From an uncultured Chloroflexia bacterium (GTDB lineage Bacteria > Chloroflexota > Limnocylindria > QHBO01): a DNA stretch of 64,000 bases. The stretch spans positions 21,047 to 85,046 of the forward strand of contig CAWBOA010000014.1 of the NCBI GenBank assembly GCA_963790255.1, read 5' to 3'. A model generated the notes under the pieces. It saw only the letters and a list, made by a program, of their open reading frames with translations. It ran no database searches and was not told the DNA's origin. Shown here piece after piece: positions 22,529 to 33,216 of this stretch; position 1 is the stretch's first letter, and each line of letters starts with the position of its first letter. Made by a program: the position numbers and the translations under genes.

Positions 22529-23566
22529 TCAGCCGGTCTTCGGCTGGGGGATCTCACCGCCGCGTAGGACGACGTCTGCCGTGGTGGCCCGCCAGTCGTA
22601 GTCCGCGACCGACTCCTCCGCGCCCAGCAGGCCATTCGAGCGAAGCCACCCGTCGTTGTAGAGCTTGCCGACGTAGTTCCGCCCAGAGTCGGGCAGGAGG
22701 ACGACGAGCATCGCATCGGGATCGTCCAGCTCGCGGGCAACCTGCAGCGCGGCCCAGATCGCCGTCCCGGATGACTGGCCCATGAGGATCCCCTCCGCGG
22801 CCGTCGCCGCACGTGCGGTGAGCATCGAGTCGCGGTCTTCGACCCGGACGACGATGTCGCACATGTGGGTGTCGTACGTCCCCGGCCAGAAGTCCTCGCC
22901 GATCCCCTCGGTCAGATACGGCCGCGGGCTGTCGCCGGAGTACACCGATCCGGCCGGATCGGCGCCGACGATGAGGACCGCCGGGTTGCGTTCCTTGAGG
23001 TAGCGGCCCGCGCCCGAGACGGTGCCGCCGGTGCCGAGTGACACGACCAGGTGAGTGATGCGCCCATCGGTCGCGTCCCAGATCTCCGGGCCGGTGGTGT
23101 CGTAGTGGGCCTCCGGGTTGGCCGCGTTCGAGTACTGGTCCGGCTTCCAGGCGCCGGGCGTCTCGCGCGCCAGGCGGTCCGAGACGCGGTAGTAGGAGCG
23201 CTCGTCGTCGGGATCGACGTCGGTCGGGCAGACCACCACCTCTGCGCCGTACGCCCGGAGGAGGGCACGCTTCTCCTCGGACTGCTTATCGGCCATGACG
23301 AAGATGCACCGATACCCCTTCACCGCGGCCGCCTGCGCCAGCCCGACGCCGGTGTTGCCGGAAGTCGGCTCCACGATCACGCCACCGGGCTTCAGGAGGC
23401 CGGCTCGCTCGGCCGCCTCGATCATCGGCATGGCGATGCGGTCCTTGACCGACCCACCCGGATTCATGTGCTCGAGCTTGGCCACGATCCGCGGGCGCAC
23501 GCCGGCGGCGATGCGGTCGAGGGCGACAAGGGGGGTCCCGCCGACCGCCGCGGTCACGTCGGGCAA
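22529..23566 (-). CDS. cbs: Cystathionine beta-synthase (catalytic domain only)
   Basis: NPGGSVKDR, EPTSGNTG, KQSEEK, GTGGT, EGIG; no CBS regulatory domains. Confidence 0.85.
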   Translation of the reverse strand: MPDVTAAVGGTPLVALDRIAAGVRPRIVAKLEHMNPGGSVKDRIAMPMIEAAERAGLLKPGGVIVEPTSGNTGVGLAQAAAVKGYRCIFVMADKQSEEKRALLRAYGAEVVVCPTDVDPDDERSYYRVSDRLARETPGAWKPDQYSNAANPEAHYDTTGPEIWDATDGRITHLVVSLGTGGTVSGAGRYLKERNPAVLIVGADPAGSVYSGDSPRPYLTEGIGEDFWPGTYDTHMCDIVVRVEDRDSMLTARAATAAEGILMGQSSGTAIWAALQVARELDDPDAMLVVLLPDSGRNYVGKLYNDGWLRSNGLLGAEESVADYDWRATTADVVLRGGEIPQPKTG

Positions 23567-23579
23567 AATGCCCGGCCGG

Positions 23580-24484
23580 TCAGCCAGCGGAGGGCTCGGC
23601 CTGCGCCGGGGCGGGTGGAGCTTCGGTCGCGCCCTCTCCGACAGGACGGATCATCGGCGAGCCCCAGCCCCGCCGATGCCGGATGAAAAGCCAGGCTCCC
23701 GCCAGGACGAAGCCGATGATGCCGACCCACATCGCGGTCGGGACGCCCAGGATGGTCCAGTTGTTGACCCGGTACGTCTCGAGCAGCGTTCGGACGCCGC
23801 CGTACCACATGACATACATGAGCACCGCGTCGCCCGCGAAGAGGCGCGGGCCGAACCGGCGGATGACGTACAGGATGACCAGCATGCCGATCAGGTTGAG
23901 CACCATCTCGTAGGCGAAGAGCGGGACGAACTGGGTGGTGTCGACCGGGTAGGTCACCGCGTCCCACGGGGTGCCGGCGCGATGGTCGGCGTCGATCGGG
24001 ATGCCGAACGGCAGGCAGGGTGGGTAGCCATCGGTCCCGCACACCGAGGTCGGCGGGCCGTACAGCTCCTGGTTGACGAAGTTCCCGAGCCGCCCGATCA
24101 CCTGCCCAAGCAGCAGCGCCGGGGCGAAGATGTCCATCCAGCGCGCCGTATTGAGGCCCTGCATCCGGGTGTAGACGAGGATGCCGAGTGCGCCGCCCGC
24201 CACGCCGCCGGGGATCCCGAGCCCGCCGTTCCAGATCTGCGGGATCAGGATCGGATCGGAGGCGTAGAAGTCCCACATGTGCACGACGTGATAGAGACGG
24301 GCCCCCACGATGGCGAGGACCAGGACGAGCAGGAGCATCGACCATCCGTCGTCGGGATCCTCGCCCAGCCAGCGCGCGACCCGCGTGCCCAAGCGTGCCG
24401 GCGATGAGCACCGCGGCGGCGATGATGATCCCGTACCAGTGCAGCTGGATCGGGACCGATCTGGACGGCAACGGGATCGATCAC
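23580..24484 (-). CDS. lgt: Prolipoprotein diacylglyceryl transferase, frameshifted near 24450 and 24390
   Basis: HWYG, GARLYHV, IWNGGL, IGRLGNFVNQELYG, P.FAYE across three frames. Confidence 0.92.
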
Positions 24485-24515
24485 CCGCCGATTCTACCGT
24501 CGGAGGGCCGTCGGC

Positions 24516-24737
24516 TCAGCCGATGCCCGGACCCCCGCTGCTGGACAGGTCGATGACGACGTAGCGGCCGCTGAGCGGAAAAGTCTGATCTGGACCTACG
24601 ACCGCGGAACCCTCCTGGCATGCCTGGCACAGGAAGCCATCGATGCCCGACTCGGTGTCCTTGCCGCGCTTCCGAGCGCTGAACAGCGCCGTTCCAGGTC
24701 GGGTGTCGCGTCCACATGACAGGCAGCGGTCGTCCAT
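24516..24737 (-). CDS. Small putative zinc-finger protein (73 aa)
   Basis: CLSC...CQAC; follows MFS stop with AGGA upstream. Confidence 0.6.
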   Translation of the reverse strand: MDDRCLSCGRDTRPGTALFSARKRGKDTESGIDGFLCQACQEGSAVVGPDQTFPLSGRYVVIDLSSSGGPGIG

Positions 24738-24748
24738 GGGCCAACATC

Positions 24749-26013
24749 CTACGCGTCGGATTCCCCCTCGGCCCGCTCGGCGTGCGGGAACCGGTCGAGC
24801 GACCAGAGCGACGGGAAGATCCGCGTCCAGGTTGCGGCCACGACCAGCGTCGCCGCCCCGCCGATCACCACGGCCCGCACGACGCCGAGCCAGGCGGCGG
24901 TCACGCCGGACTCGAACTCGCCGAGCTCGTTCGACGCGCCGATGAAGACCGAGTTGACGGCGCTCACCCGTCCGCGGATCGCGTCCGGCGTCTCGAGCTG
25001 CACGAGGAGATGGCGGATGTACATGCTCACCATGTCGCCGGCGCCCATCACGACCAGCGCCGCGATGCTGAGCGGCAGGCTGGTGGAGAACGCGAAGACG
25101 ATGGTCGCGGCACCGAACGCGGCGACCCCGCCGAACATCCATCGGCCGACTCGGCGCCGGATGGGCCGCACGGCCAGTCCGACCGCGAGCAATGCGGCGC
25201 CCACGGCCGGAGCCGCGCGCATGACGCCGAGCCCGACCGGGCCGACGTCGAGGATCTCGCCGGCGTAGATCGGCAGGAGGGCCTCCGCGCCACCGAAGAG
25301 GACGGCGAAGAGGTCGAGCGAGATCGACCCGAGCACGACCGTCCGCGAGCGCACGAAGCGGACGCCCGACAGCAGCGCCTCCCACGACAGTGGCTCCCGC
25401 TCGGCCCCTTCCTCGCGCCCGCCGCCGCGCAGGCCGGCCAGGAGGACGACGCCGACGACGAGCAGGGCGAGCGCGAGCCCATAGGCAACCTCGACGCCGA
25501 GCAGGACGAGCGCGCCGCCCAGCGCCGGGCCGGCGATGGTGGCCATCTGCCCGAGCGAGGAATTGACGGCCACCGCCCGCGGAAAGAGCTCGATCGGCGC
25601 GAGGTTCGGGAGGATCGCCTGGCCGGTCGGCTGGTTGAAGGCCCGGGCGATGCCGAAGGCGACCATCACGCCCAGGATCGGCGCGATGTCCGTGATCCCG
25701 GCCAGCGCGAGCGCCGAGCAGCGCCGCCGAGCGACGCGCCAGGCAGCATGTAGGTGATGAGCTGGACGCGCCGCCGGTCGAAGCTGTCCGCGATGTGGCC
25801 GGCTGGCAGGATCAGGATGATGAACGGCAGGAACTGGGAGAGGGCGACCAGCCCGAGGTCGAATGGGTTGCCCGTGGCGACGAAGACCTGCCACCCCACC
25901 GCGACCGTCTGGACCTGCGTCGCCACGGCGGCGATGAACCGCGCCGAGACGTATCGGCGCAGGTCGGGATGGCGGAAGACCGCCGCGCGGTCACCGCTCG
26001 GGCCGGCTGACAT
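24749..26013 (-). CDS. MFS transporter (DHA3/MFS_3-like), frameshifted near 25730
   Basis: GHIADSFDRRR motif A; PDAIRGRV; many TMs in two frames. Confidence 0.88.
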
Positions 26014-26114
26014 GAAGGCTGCGAGCGTACCCCGCACCGCATTCACGCCGCAGTCGCGCGAGCGCATGGTTCGCCCATTGACCGGCCCGCTACGCTGCCG
26101 GCGACCCCGCACCG

Positions 26115-27541
26115 ATGCGAGCGACGAGAGGTGATGACGTGATCGAGGGCGCGATGCACTCCGCGGCGGACGACCGCGACGAGTACGGCCGGCCGAAGTC
26201 GCCGCTCTCGACCGGACGGCTGCTCGCGGTCACGGCCTACTGGCTGGCCATCACGACGCTCATGGGAGCACTGACCTTCTCGGTCATCCCGCGGCTGGTC
26301 GAGTCCCCCGGAGTGCTCGGCAGCGCGCAGCACCCACTGGCGGGGCTGGCCATCGGGGCGATCACCACGATCGGGGTCGTGATCGCGATCCTCGTGCAGC
26401 CGACGATGGGCGCCATCAGCGACCACACCCGCCATCGGCTCGGCCGCCGCAAGCCGTACATCATCGCGGGCACCGCGATGGACCTCGTGTTCCTGACGTT
26501 CCTGGCGTGGGCGTTCTGGAACGAGCTCTACGTGCCGTTCCTGATCGGTGTGGCGATGCTCCAGTTCAGCAGCAACTTCGCCCAGGGCCCCTACCAGGGC
26601 TATGTCCCCGACCTCGTCCCGTCCCGCCAGGTTGGCACGGCCTCCGGACTGCTGGGGGCGGCGAACCTCGCCGGCAACCTCATCGGTCCGGGGCTCGCGA
26701 TCCTCTTCATCGCCATCCTTCCCGGCATCGTCGGCTTCCCGGAGATCACGCTGGCGCTCTTCGCGGTGATCGGGCTCATCGAGGTCGTGACGATGCTCAT
26801 CACCGTCATCTGGGTCCCCGACCGCCCGGCGCCGCCGAATGAACTGACCCTCATCCAGCGGGCGAAGTCGGCGTGGGGGACGGACATCCTGGCCGAGAAG
26901 GACTTCGTCTGGGTCATGATCAGCCGGCTGCTCGTCCTCACCGGCCTCGTGACGCTGCAGGCCTTCGCGGTCTTCTACCTGGAGAACGCGCACGGCATGG
27001 CGCCTGACGACGCCCAGGGATCGGCCTTCCCGGTGCTCATCACGATGCTCATCGCGGCGCTGCTGGCGGCGATTCCCGGGGCGCGCATCTCCAACCGGAT
27101 CGGGCGCAAGCCGGTGCTCTACGTGGCCATCGCCCTCGGGGCGCTGGGCGGGCTCACGCTGGCCGTCGCGCCTGCGTACTGGGTCGTCATCGTCGCGGCC
27201 GTCCCGATCGGGATCTGCTCGGGCGTCTTCCTCGGCGTGGATTGGGCGCTCATGACCGACATCATCCCGAAGGCGGAGTCCGGGCCGATACATGGGCATC
27301 AGCAATATCGCCGTCGCCGGCGCGGGCCCGATCGGCTCGGCCGTCGGCGGGCTGATCACCTTCGCGTTCGCCCTGTTCATCGCGGACCGCGATGGCCGCG
27401 GCCGATATCGGCTACCGCGCGCTCTTCGTGGTCATGGCGCTGGAGCTGATCCTTGGCGGCCTTGCCCTGCGTCGGGTTCGCGAGCCGATCCGTGCGCCGT
27501 CCGGCGGACCGGCCGAGGACGCGAGCCCGGCGCCGGCATGA
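26115..27541 (+). CDS. MFS transporter (SLC45/GPH-like), frameshifted near 27285 and 27400
   Basis: GAISDHTRHRLGRRKPY, SNRIGRK, WALMTD; C-terminal TMs continue in other frames. Confidence 0.88.
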
Positions 27542-28312
27542 GCGGCGCCGCCGATCCGGCCGTCGAGCGCATCGCGGCGAACGGGCCCGCGCGAGCTGAG
27601 CGTCGAGGTCACGCCACGCTATCGGTTCATCATGGGGCTTCCTCGCGTCGTGGTGCGGCCGCTCTTCGACGTCCGCGTCAGCGGCCTCGAGCACTGGCCC
27701 GGCGCCGCCGTTCCAGATCGTGGCCAACCATCACAACGGCTTCGACCCGCTCCTCGTCATCGCCACCGTCCCGGTCGAGCCGCGCATCACGTGGTTCGGT
27801 CCACGCGAGGCGGACTTCAGCCGCGGATTCAAGAACAGGGTCATGGCGTTCTTCGGCGGGATGATTCCCTACAACCCCGAGAAGACGACCCTCACCAGCG
27901 CCGTGCGCGCCGTCGGCGCGTCTTCGAGGCCGATGGCGTGCTCGGGCATCTTCGCCGAGGGCCGCATCGGCTTTCGCGAGACGGAGCTCCTGCCATTCGA
28001 GGAGGGTGCGGCGGCGTTCGCGGCGATCGTCCGCCGTGCCGGTCGTGCCGTGCGCCGATCGTCGGCAGCACCGACCTGTGGTTTCGCAAGCGGATCGAGG
28101 TCCGCTTCGGACCTCCGATCCCGACCACCGACGTGCGAGGCCGGGAGGGGCGTGCCGACCTCGAGGCACGCATCAGGGCGGGCGTCGAGGCGCTCCTGCC
28201 AGATGCCGAGCCGCGACTGCCGCGGCGGCGCCCCATGGCGCTGCTGACCAATCTCCTCAACGGCTCCGAGGACGTGGCTCGCCGGACGGCGGGTGAGGCC
28301 CCGGGCCGCTAG
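27538..28312 (+). CDS. Lysophospholipid acyltransferase (PlsC-like), multiple frameshifts
   Basis: NHHNGFD (HX4D), FAEG, VRFGPPI in different frames. Confidence 0.8.
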
Positions 28313-28324
28313 GATCGGGCGGTC

Positions 28325-28597
28325 ATGCTCCCGGTCGTCTGGACCCTGTTCGTGGTGCTCGCCGTCGGCGGATTCTTGATGATCGCCGCGTATTGGCTCG
28401 ACGTGCAGGATCGCCCGGACCTGAGCGTCCGGGCGCGGATCGGATGGTCGGCGGGCGTCCTGCTCTTCCCGATCGCGATTCCGGTCTACGCCTTCACCGG
28501 AGGACCAGGTTGGCCGATGGCGCTTCGCGTTGGCAGCCTCGTTCCCGCCGTCGCAGTGGCGCTGTTCCTGGGCTTCGTGCTCGGGGCCTTCACCTAG
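28325..28597 (+). CDS. Small membrane protein (3 TM)
   Basis: Hydrophobic 90 aa with WLDV...R..W...LLFP pattern. Confidence 0.7.
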   Translation: MLPVVWTLFVVLAVGGFLMIAAYWLDVQDRPDLSVRARIGWSAGVLLFPIAIPVYAFTGGPGWPMALRVGSLVPAVAVALFLGFVLGAFT

Positions 28598-29138
28598 GCC
28601 GCAACGAACCGCGACCGCGGAACGCGACGATCGAGACACTAGCGACGGCCGCGGCGACCAGGAGTGCCGCGACGATCGGTGTCGGGATACCGGCGGATCC
28701 GTCATCGGCGGCTGCCTCGATCTCGACGCCCAGGAGGTCGTCGAGCACGAGCCGATCGGGGCCCGGCAGCGCACTCAGGGGAGCGCTGCCACTGCAGGGC
28801 TGCGTCTCAAGCCCGGCTTCGCCAAGCGTGGCCGCGACGAACCAGCGCTCCCCGACGCCGAAGAAGACGCCGCACGACGTGTTGTTCATGCCGTCGACCA
28901 TGACGACCTCATCCGCGGGCTGCATGGTCGACCGCTCGACACGGATGGCGTGCAGGACTGTCACAGCTGCGGGGTCGGGCACCTGATCGACCACCGTGCC
29001 CACGAACGCGACGTCGGCACCGCGGACCGCTCCAGCGACATCGGTGAGCTCGCACATGCATGCCATCGCAGAGGCCACGTGCACGATCGACAGCGCGGCC
29101 GCCAGGACGCCGGCGACCAGCAACCTGCGAGCGATCAT
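28590..29138 (-). CDS. Secreted, membrane-anchored TIMP/NTR-like protein
   Basis: Signal ending AMA then CMC; ADVAFVG; SCG; further Cys; C-terminal TM. Confidence 0.6.
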   Translation of the reverse strand: MIARRLLVAGVLAAALSIVHVASAMACMCELTDVAGAVRGADVAFVGTVVDQVPDPAAVTVLHAIRVERSTMQPADEVVMVDGMNNTSCGVFFGVGERWFVAATLGEAGLETQPCSGSAPLSALPGPDRLVLDDLLGVEIEAAADDGSAGIPTPIVAALLVAAAVASVSIVAFRGRGSLRPR

Positions 29139-29207
29139 CGCGCTGGCTGGCGCCGGAAGGCGATGGAGAGAGCGCCAGGCCGAGCGCCGCGAGAAGCCGC
29201 GCGGCTC

Positions 29208-29819
29208 TCACGCATCCTGCTCGCGGCGGAATGCCCACGCAGCCACGAGGCCGATCAAGGCGACGCCACCGACCACCGGTGCGATCTGCCCGACCATCGC
29301 GAGCGCGCCGTCACCGCCACCGCCCGCGCCGCCGCTGACCTCGACCATCGATGCCACCACGGCGTCGACCTCGGCGTCGAGCCCGTCGACGACTCGATTG
29401 GGCTGGCACCCGTTCGTGCGCAGCGTTCCCTCCTCAACGTTGGCGACGATCAGCCAGCGCTGGTTCACGCCGAAGGAGACGCCGCAGTTCGCGCCGTCGT
29501 CCTGCCACGCGGCGACGGAGACGGTGGCTGGCGTTTCGGCATCGCGCGCAACCTCGACCTGCCAGGTCCAGACCACTTCGCCGATCACCCCCGGCCTCCC
29601 CACCACAGCCCCCTTGCCCTCTTCAGCGGGGATCGCCCCATCGCCACCGGCCCCCGCGAGCGTCCCGACGAAGGCGACGTCGGCGGACCGAACGGCCTCG
29701 GATACCGGCGTCATGGCGCAGTCGCACGCCGCGACGCGTGAGATCGGGACGACGAGCAGACCCAGGGCGAGGCCGACTCCGACGAGTGCTCGGACGAGAT
29801 GGCGAAAGCGCGCGGTCAT
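29208..29819 (-). CDS. Secreted, membrane-anchored TIMP/NTR-like protein (paralog)
   Basis: Signal ending VAA then CDC; ADVAFVG; NCG; further Cys; C-terminal TM. Confidence 0.6.
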   Translation of the reverse strand: MTARFRHLVRALVGVGLALGLLVVPISRVAACDCAMTPVSEAVRSADVAFVGTLAGAGGDGAIPAEEGKGAVVGRPGVIGEVVWTWQVEVARDAETPATVSVAAWQDDGANCGVSFGVNQRWLIVANVEEGTLRTNGCQPNRVVDGLDAEVDAVVASMVEVSGGAGGGGDGALAMVGQIAPVVGGVALIGLVAAWAFRREQDA

Positions 29820-29899
29820 ATCAGCCCCTTGAGCATGCCGTCCTGACGCGGGAGGGGGTCCGGAGGTTGCATCGGTGATATTCGCCTAACATCGGGGCC

Positions 29900-31327
29900 A
29901 TGACGAGCCAGATTGATCGTGCGCAGACCACTGATGCGGCCCTCGCCCATCTCCGCGAGCACGACGCCGAGCATCTCGCACAGCTGGACGAGTTCCTCGC
30001 CATCGAGAGCGTCAGCGCCGACCACGATCGCGCCGGCGAGGTGAGACGCGCGGCGGCCTGGATCGTGGACCACATGCGGATGATCGGCATCGAACGCGCC
30101 ACCGTGCACGAGACGGCGCACCATCCGATCGTCACCGGCGAGTGGATGCATGCCGGGGACGAGGCGCCGACGGTGCTCGTCTACTGCCATTACGACGTCC
30201 AGCCGGCCGACCCGCTCGACGAATGGATCCGGCCGCCGTTCCAGCCTCGCCACGAGGAGGGTCGCGTCTACGCGCGCGGCGCCGGGGACGACAAGGGCCA
30301 GCTCTTTATGCACCTCAAGGCGGTCGAGGCCTGGTTGGCGGCCGCCGGGCACCTTCCGCTCAACCTGCGCTTCTTCTTCGAGGGGGACGAGGAGGTTGGC
30401 TCGGAGCCGATCGAGGCCTTCATCGACGAGCACTCCGACCTCCTCAAGGCCGACGTCTGCGTCGTGTCGGACGGCGACACCTTCGACGACGATGGCACGC
30501 CCGCGATCGGCTACGGCCTGCGCGGGATCGCCTATTGGGAGGTGCGGGTCGACGGACCGTCGCACGACGTCCACTCCGGCCAGTACGGCGGCGGCGTCGA
30601 CAACCCGGCCAACGTCCTGACCCGCATGCTCGCCTCCCTGACCGATGCCGACGGCCGCTTCACCGTCCCCGGCTTCTACGACCGCGTGCGCGACCTGACC
30701 GACGATGAGCACGCCGCATACGCCGAGCTCCCCTTCGATGAGGCTCGCTGGAGGGACGAGACCGGCGTCACGGCATCAATGGAGGGCGAACGGGGCCATA
30801 CCCTGCTCGAGCGCCTCTCCGCCCGACCGACCTTCGACATCAATGGCATCTGGGGCGGGTACACCGGCGAGGGATCCAAGACCATCATCCCGGCATGGGC
30901 GGCGGCCAAGATCTCGACCCGGCTCGTCCCTGACCAGGACCACCGGGAGATCGAGCAGTCGGTCAAGGCGCACCTCGAATCGATCGCGCCGGAGACGGTA
31001 CGGGTGAGCGTCAAGATCATCCATGGCGGGGCGCCCGCGATCACCCCACTCGACCATCCCGGTATCGGTCCCGCATCTCGCGCCCTCGAGCTCGGATTCG
31101 GCAAGGCGCCACTGTTCCAGCGCTCCGGTGGCTCGGTGCCGGTCGTCGCGGCGCTGGACGCGAAGCTGGGGCTGAAGACGCTCATGGTCGGCTTCGCGAA
31201 CCCGACCGGAAACTTCCACGCGCCGAACGAGTGGATGAGCCTCAGGAACCTGCGCGACGGGATGGCCTCGCTCGTCCACTTCTGGGCCGAGCTTGGCGCA
31301 ATGCGAGCGACCGACCTTCGCCGCTGA
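29900..31327 (+). CDS. M20 family dipeptidase
   Basis: HYDVQP, ARGAGDDKG, EGDEEVGS, HSG, HAPNE. Confidence 0.95.
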   Translation: MTSQIDRAQTTDAALAHLREHDAEHLAQLDEFLAIESVSADHDRAGEVRRAAAWIVDHMRMIGIERATVHETAHHPIVTGEWMHAGDEAPTVLVYCHYDVQPADPLDEWIRPPFQPRHEEGRVYARGAGDDKGQLFMHLKAVEAWLAAAGHLPLNLRFFFEGDEEVGSEPIEAFIDEHSDLLKADVCVVSDGDTFDDDGTPAIGYGLRGIAYWEVRVDGPSHDVHSGQYGGGVDNPANVLTRMLASLTDADGRFTVPGFYDRVRDLTDDEHAAYAELPFDEARWRDETGVTASMEGERGHTLLERLSARPTFDINGIWGGYTGEGSKTIIPAWAAAKISTRLVPDQDHREIEQSVKAHLESIAPETVRVSVKIIHGGAPAITPLDHPGIGPASRALELGFGKAPLFQRSGGSVPVVAALDAKLGLKTLMVGFANPTGNFHAPNEWMSLRNLRDGMASLVHFWAELGAMRATDLRR

Positions 31328-31347
31328 TCCCGCCCTTGGACCTGCCC

Positions 31348-32001
31348 GTGCCCAGCGCCACACCTCACCACGATCCCGACGATCCCTGGCTGGCGCTGGG
31401 AGCCGCGTCCCGGCTCGTCGGTGTCGGCCCGGACACCCTGAGGCGATGGGCCGACACGGGCAAGGTCCAGAGCTACCAGACCCCGGGCGGTCATCGGCGC
31501 TTCCTGCGCTCCAGCCTGGAGGCGATGATCAACGCCCCCCGCCGACAGCGCTACGGGATGGAGCGGCTGCCCGGCTCGACGCAGACGATGGCGAGCGAGC
31601 TGCATCGGCGCATGCAGCGCACGGGCTACGCCGGCCAGCCGTGGCAGGCGCGGCTCTCAGTGGAGCAGCGCGACGAGTTCCGGCGCTGGGGCCAGCGCAC
31701 CTTCCAGCTGGTGATCGAGTACGTGGCCGCCTCGAAGCGTGCCGAGCGACAGCTGCTGCTCGACGAGGCCGAGAAGATGGGCGCCCTGTACGGCTCGGAG
31801 GCGTCGCGGGCCGGCCTTTCGCTGGCCGAGACCGTCGAGGCCTTCCTCTTCTTCAGATCGCCGGTGCTCGACGCGATCGTCGGCCACCTCCGTCGTCGGG
31901 CGGCCGACGTGTCGGCGGTGACCGGCGCCTACCACGAGGCCAACGCGGCAATCGACCAGGTGCTCACCGCCCTGGTGAGCTCCTACCGGGCCGGCGAGTG
32001 A
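31348..32001 (+). CDS. Excisionase/MerR-like HTH protein with C-terminal helical (RsbRD_N-like) domain
   Basis: AASRLVGVGPDTLRRWAD...TPGGHRRF; helical C-terminal half. Confidence 0.75.
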   Translation: MPSATPHHDPDDPWLALGAASRLVGVGPDTLRRWADTGKVQSYQTPGGHRRFLRSSLEAMINAPRRQRYGMERLPGSTQTMASELHRRMQRTGYAGQPWQARLSVEQRDEFRRWGQRTFQLVIEYVAASKRAERQLLLDEAEKMGALYGSEASRAGLSLAETVEAFLFFRSPVLDAIVGHLRRRAADVSAVTGAYHEANAAIDQVLTALVSSYRAGE

Positions 32002-32005
32002 GGAG

Positions 32006-33142
32006 CTACTCGACGAGGTAGAGGCTGGTGGGAGTTGTGTTGAGCCGCTCGCCGCCAGACTCGGTGCAGATGACGATGTCCTCGATTCGCGCGCCCCACG
32101 TGTCGCGGATGTAGATCCCCGGCTCGACGCTGAACGCGTTGCCGGCGACCAGGGGCTCCGGGTTCGAAGCCACGATGTACGGCTCCTCGTGCGTCTCGAG
32201 CCCGATCCCGTGGCCGGTTCGATGGACGAACGCTTCCCCGTAGCCGGCCTCGGCGATCGTCTCCCTGGCGACGGCGTCGATGTCGGCGGCCGGGACGCCG
32301 GGACGGACCGCCTCACACGCCGCGGCTTGCGCCCCCTGGAGGACGGCGAAGAGGGCGGCGAAGTCCGGCGGCGGCTCGCCGACGAAGGCGGTCCGCGACG
32401 TGTCGCTGGCATAGCCGGCTCGTGTTCCGCCGATGTCGAGCACGATCGCATCCCCGGCACCGATCGTGCGGTCGCCCGCCTCGTGATGCGGACTGGCCGC
32501 GTTCGGCCCCGAGGCAACGATCGCGAAGCCGGCGTCGTCATGCCCCGCTTCAAGGAGCAGCTCGCGGATGTGGCGGCTCACCTCGGCCTCGCTGCGACCG
32601 GACAGGCGCTCGCCGGTGATGATGAGCATCGCCTCGTCCGCGGCGCGCGCGGCAGAGCGCAGGCGATCGATCTCGTCCGGAGCCTTCACCCGACGCATCT
32701 GGGCCATGGTGGGGCCGGCCGTGATCAGCTCCGCGGGGTCGAGTGCCGCGCGCAGCCGAAGGGCGAAACGGGCCCACATCTGGTCCTGCAGTGCGACCCG
32801 CATGACGGACCCGAGGACGCCCTGCACCAGCCGGATCGGATCGTCGGTCTCGTCCCAGGCAACGATCTCGAGCGCATCCGCCATCGCGCCGAGCGCATGC
32901 CGCGCAAGCGGCTCCTCGAGCCGAGGCAGCACGAGCACGGGCTCTCCATCGGCCGGCACGATCAGGCACGTCAGGCGCTCCATCGCCGGAGCCATGTACC
33001 CGAGCAGGTAGGCGTAGTCGGGCGACGGGGTGATCAGCAGGGCGTCGATCCCGCGCTCGCCGGCTCCCTGCGCGGCGGCGGCCAGCCGAGCACGGTGGAC
33101 CTCGCTGCCGAACGCGGCGGGGGCATGCGGAATGACGGACAT
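32006..33142 (-). CDS. Xaa-Pro peptidase (M24)
   Basis: PHH, DIGG...SDTSRT, HRTGHGIGLETHE, SVEPG, RIED. Confidence 0.95.
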   Translation of the reverse strand: MSVIPHAPAAFGSEVHRARLAAAAQGAGERGIDALLITPSPDYAYLLGYMAPAMERLTCLIVPADGEPVLVLPRLEEPLARHALGAMADALEIVAWDETDDPIRLVQGVLGSVMRVALQDQMWARFALRLRAALDPAELITAGPTMAQMRRVKAPDEIDRLRSAARAADEAMLIITGERLSGRSEAEVSRHIRELLLEAGHDDAGFAIVASGPNAASPHHEAGDRTIGAGDAIVLDIGGTRAGYASDTSRTAFVGEPPPDFAALFAVLQGAQAAACEAVRPGVPAADIDAVARETIAEAGYGEAFVHRTGHGIGLETHEEPYIVASNPEPLVAGNAFSVEPGIYIRDTWGARIEDIVICTESGGERLNTTPTSLYLVE

Positions 33143-33216
33143 TTGCGTCGAGCCTACACCGATCGGGCCATTGACCGTCGAGGCCGTGGTGCGACGATTG
33201 AAGGTGACGTCGTCGT

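Noticed and set aside
31348-32001. Prophage excisionase
   Set aside because: No phage genes or integrase nearby, and it is fused to a long helical domain.
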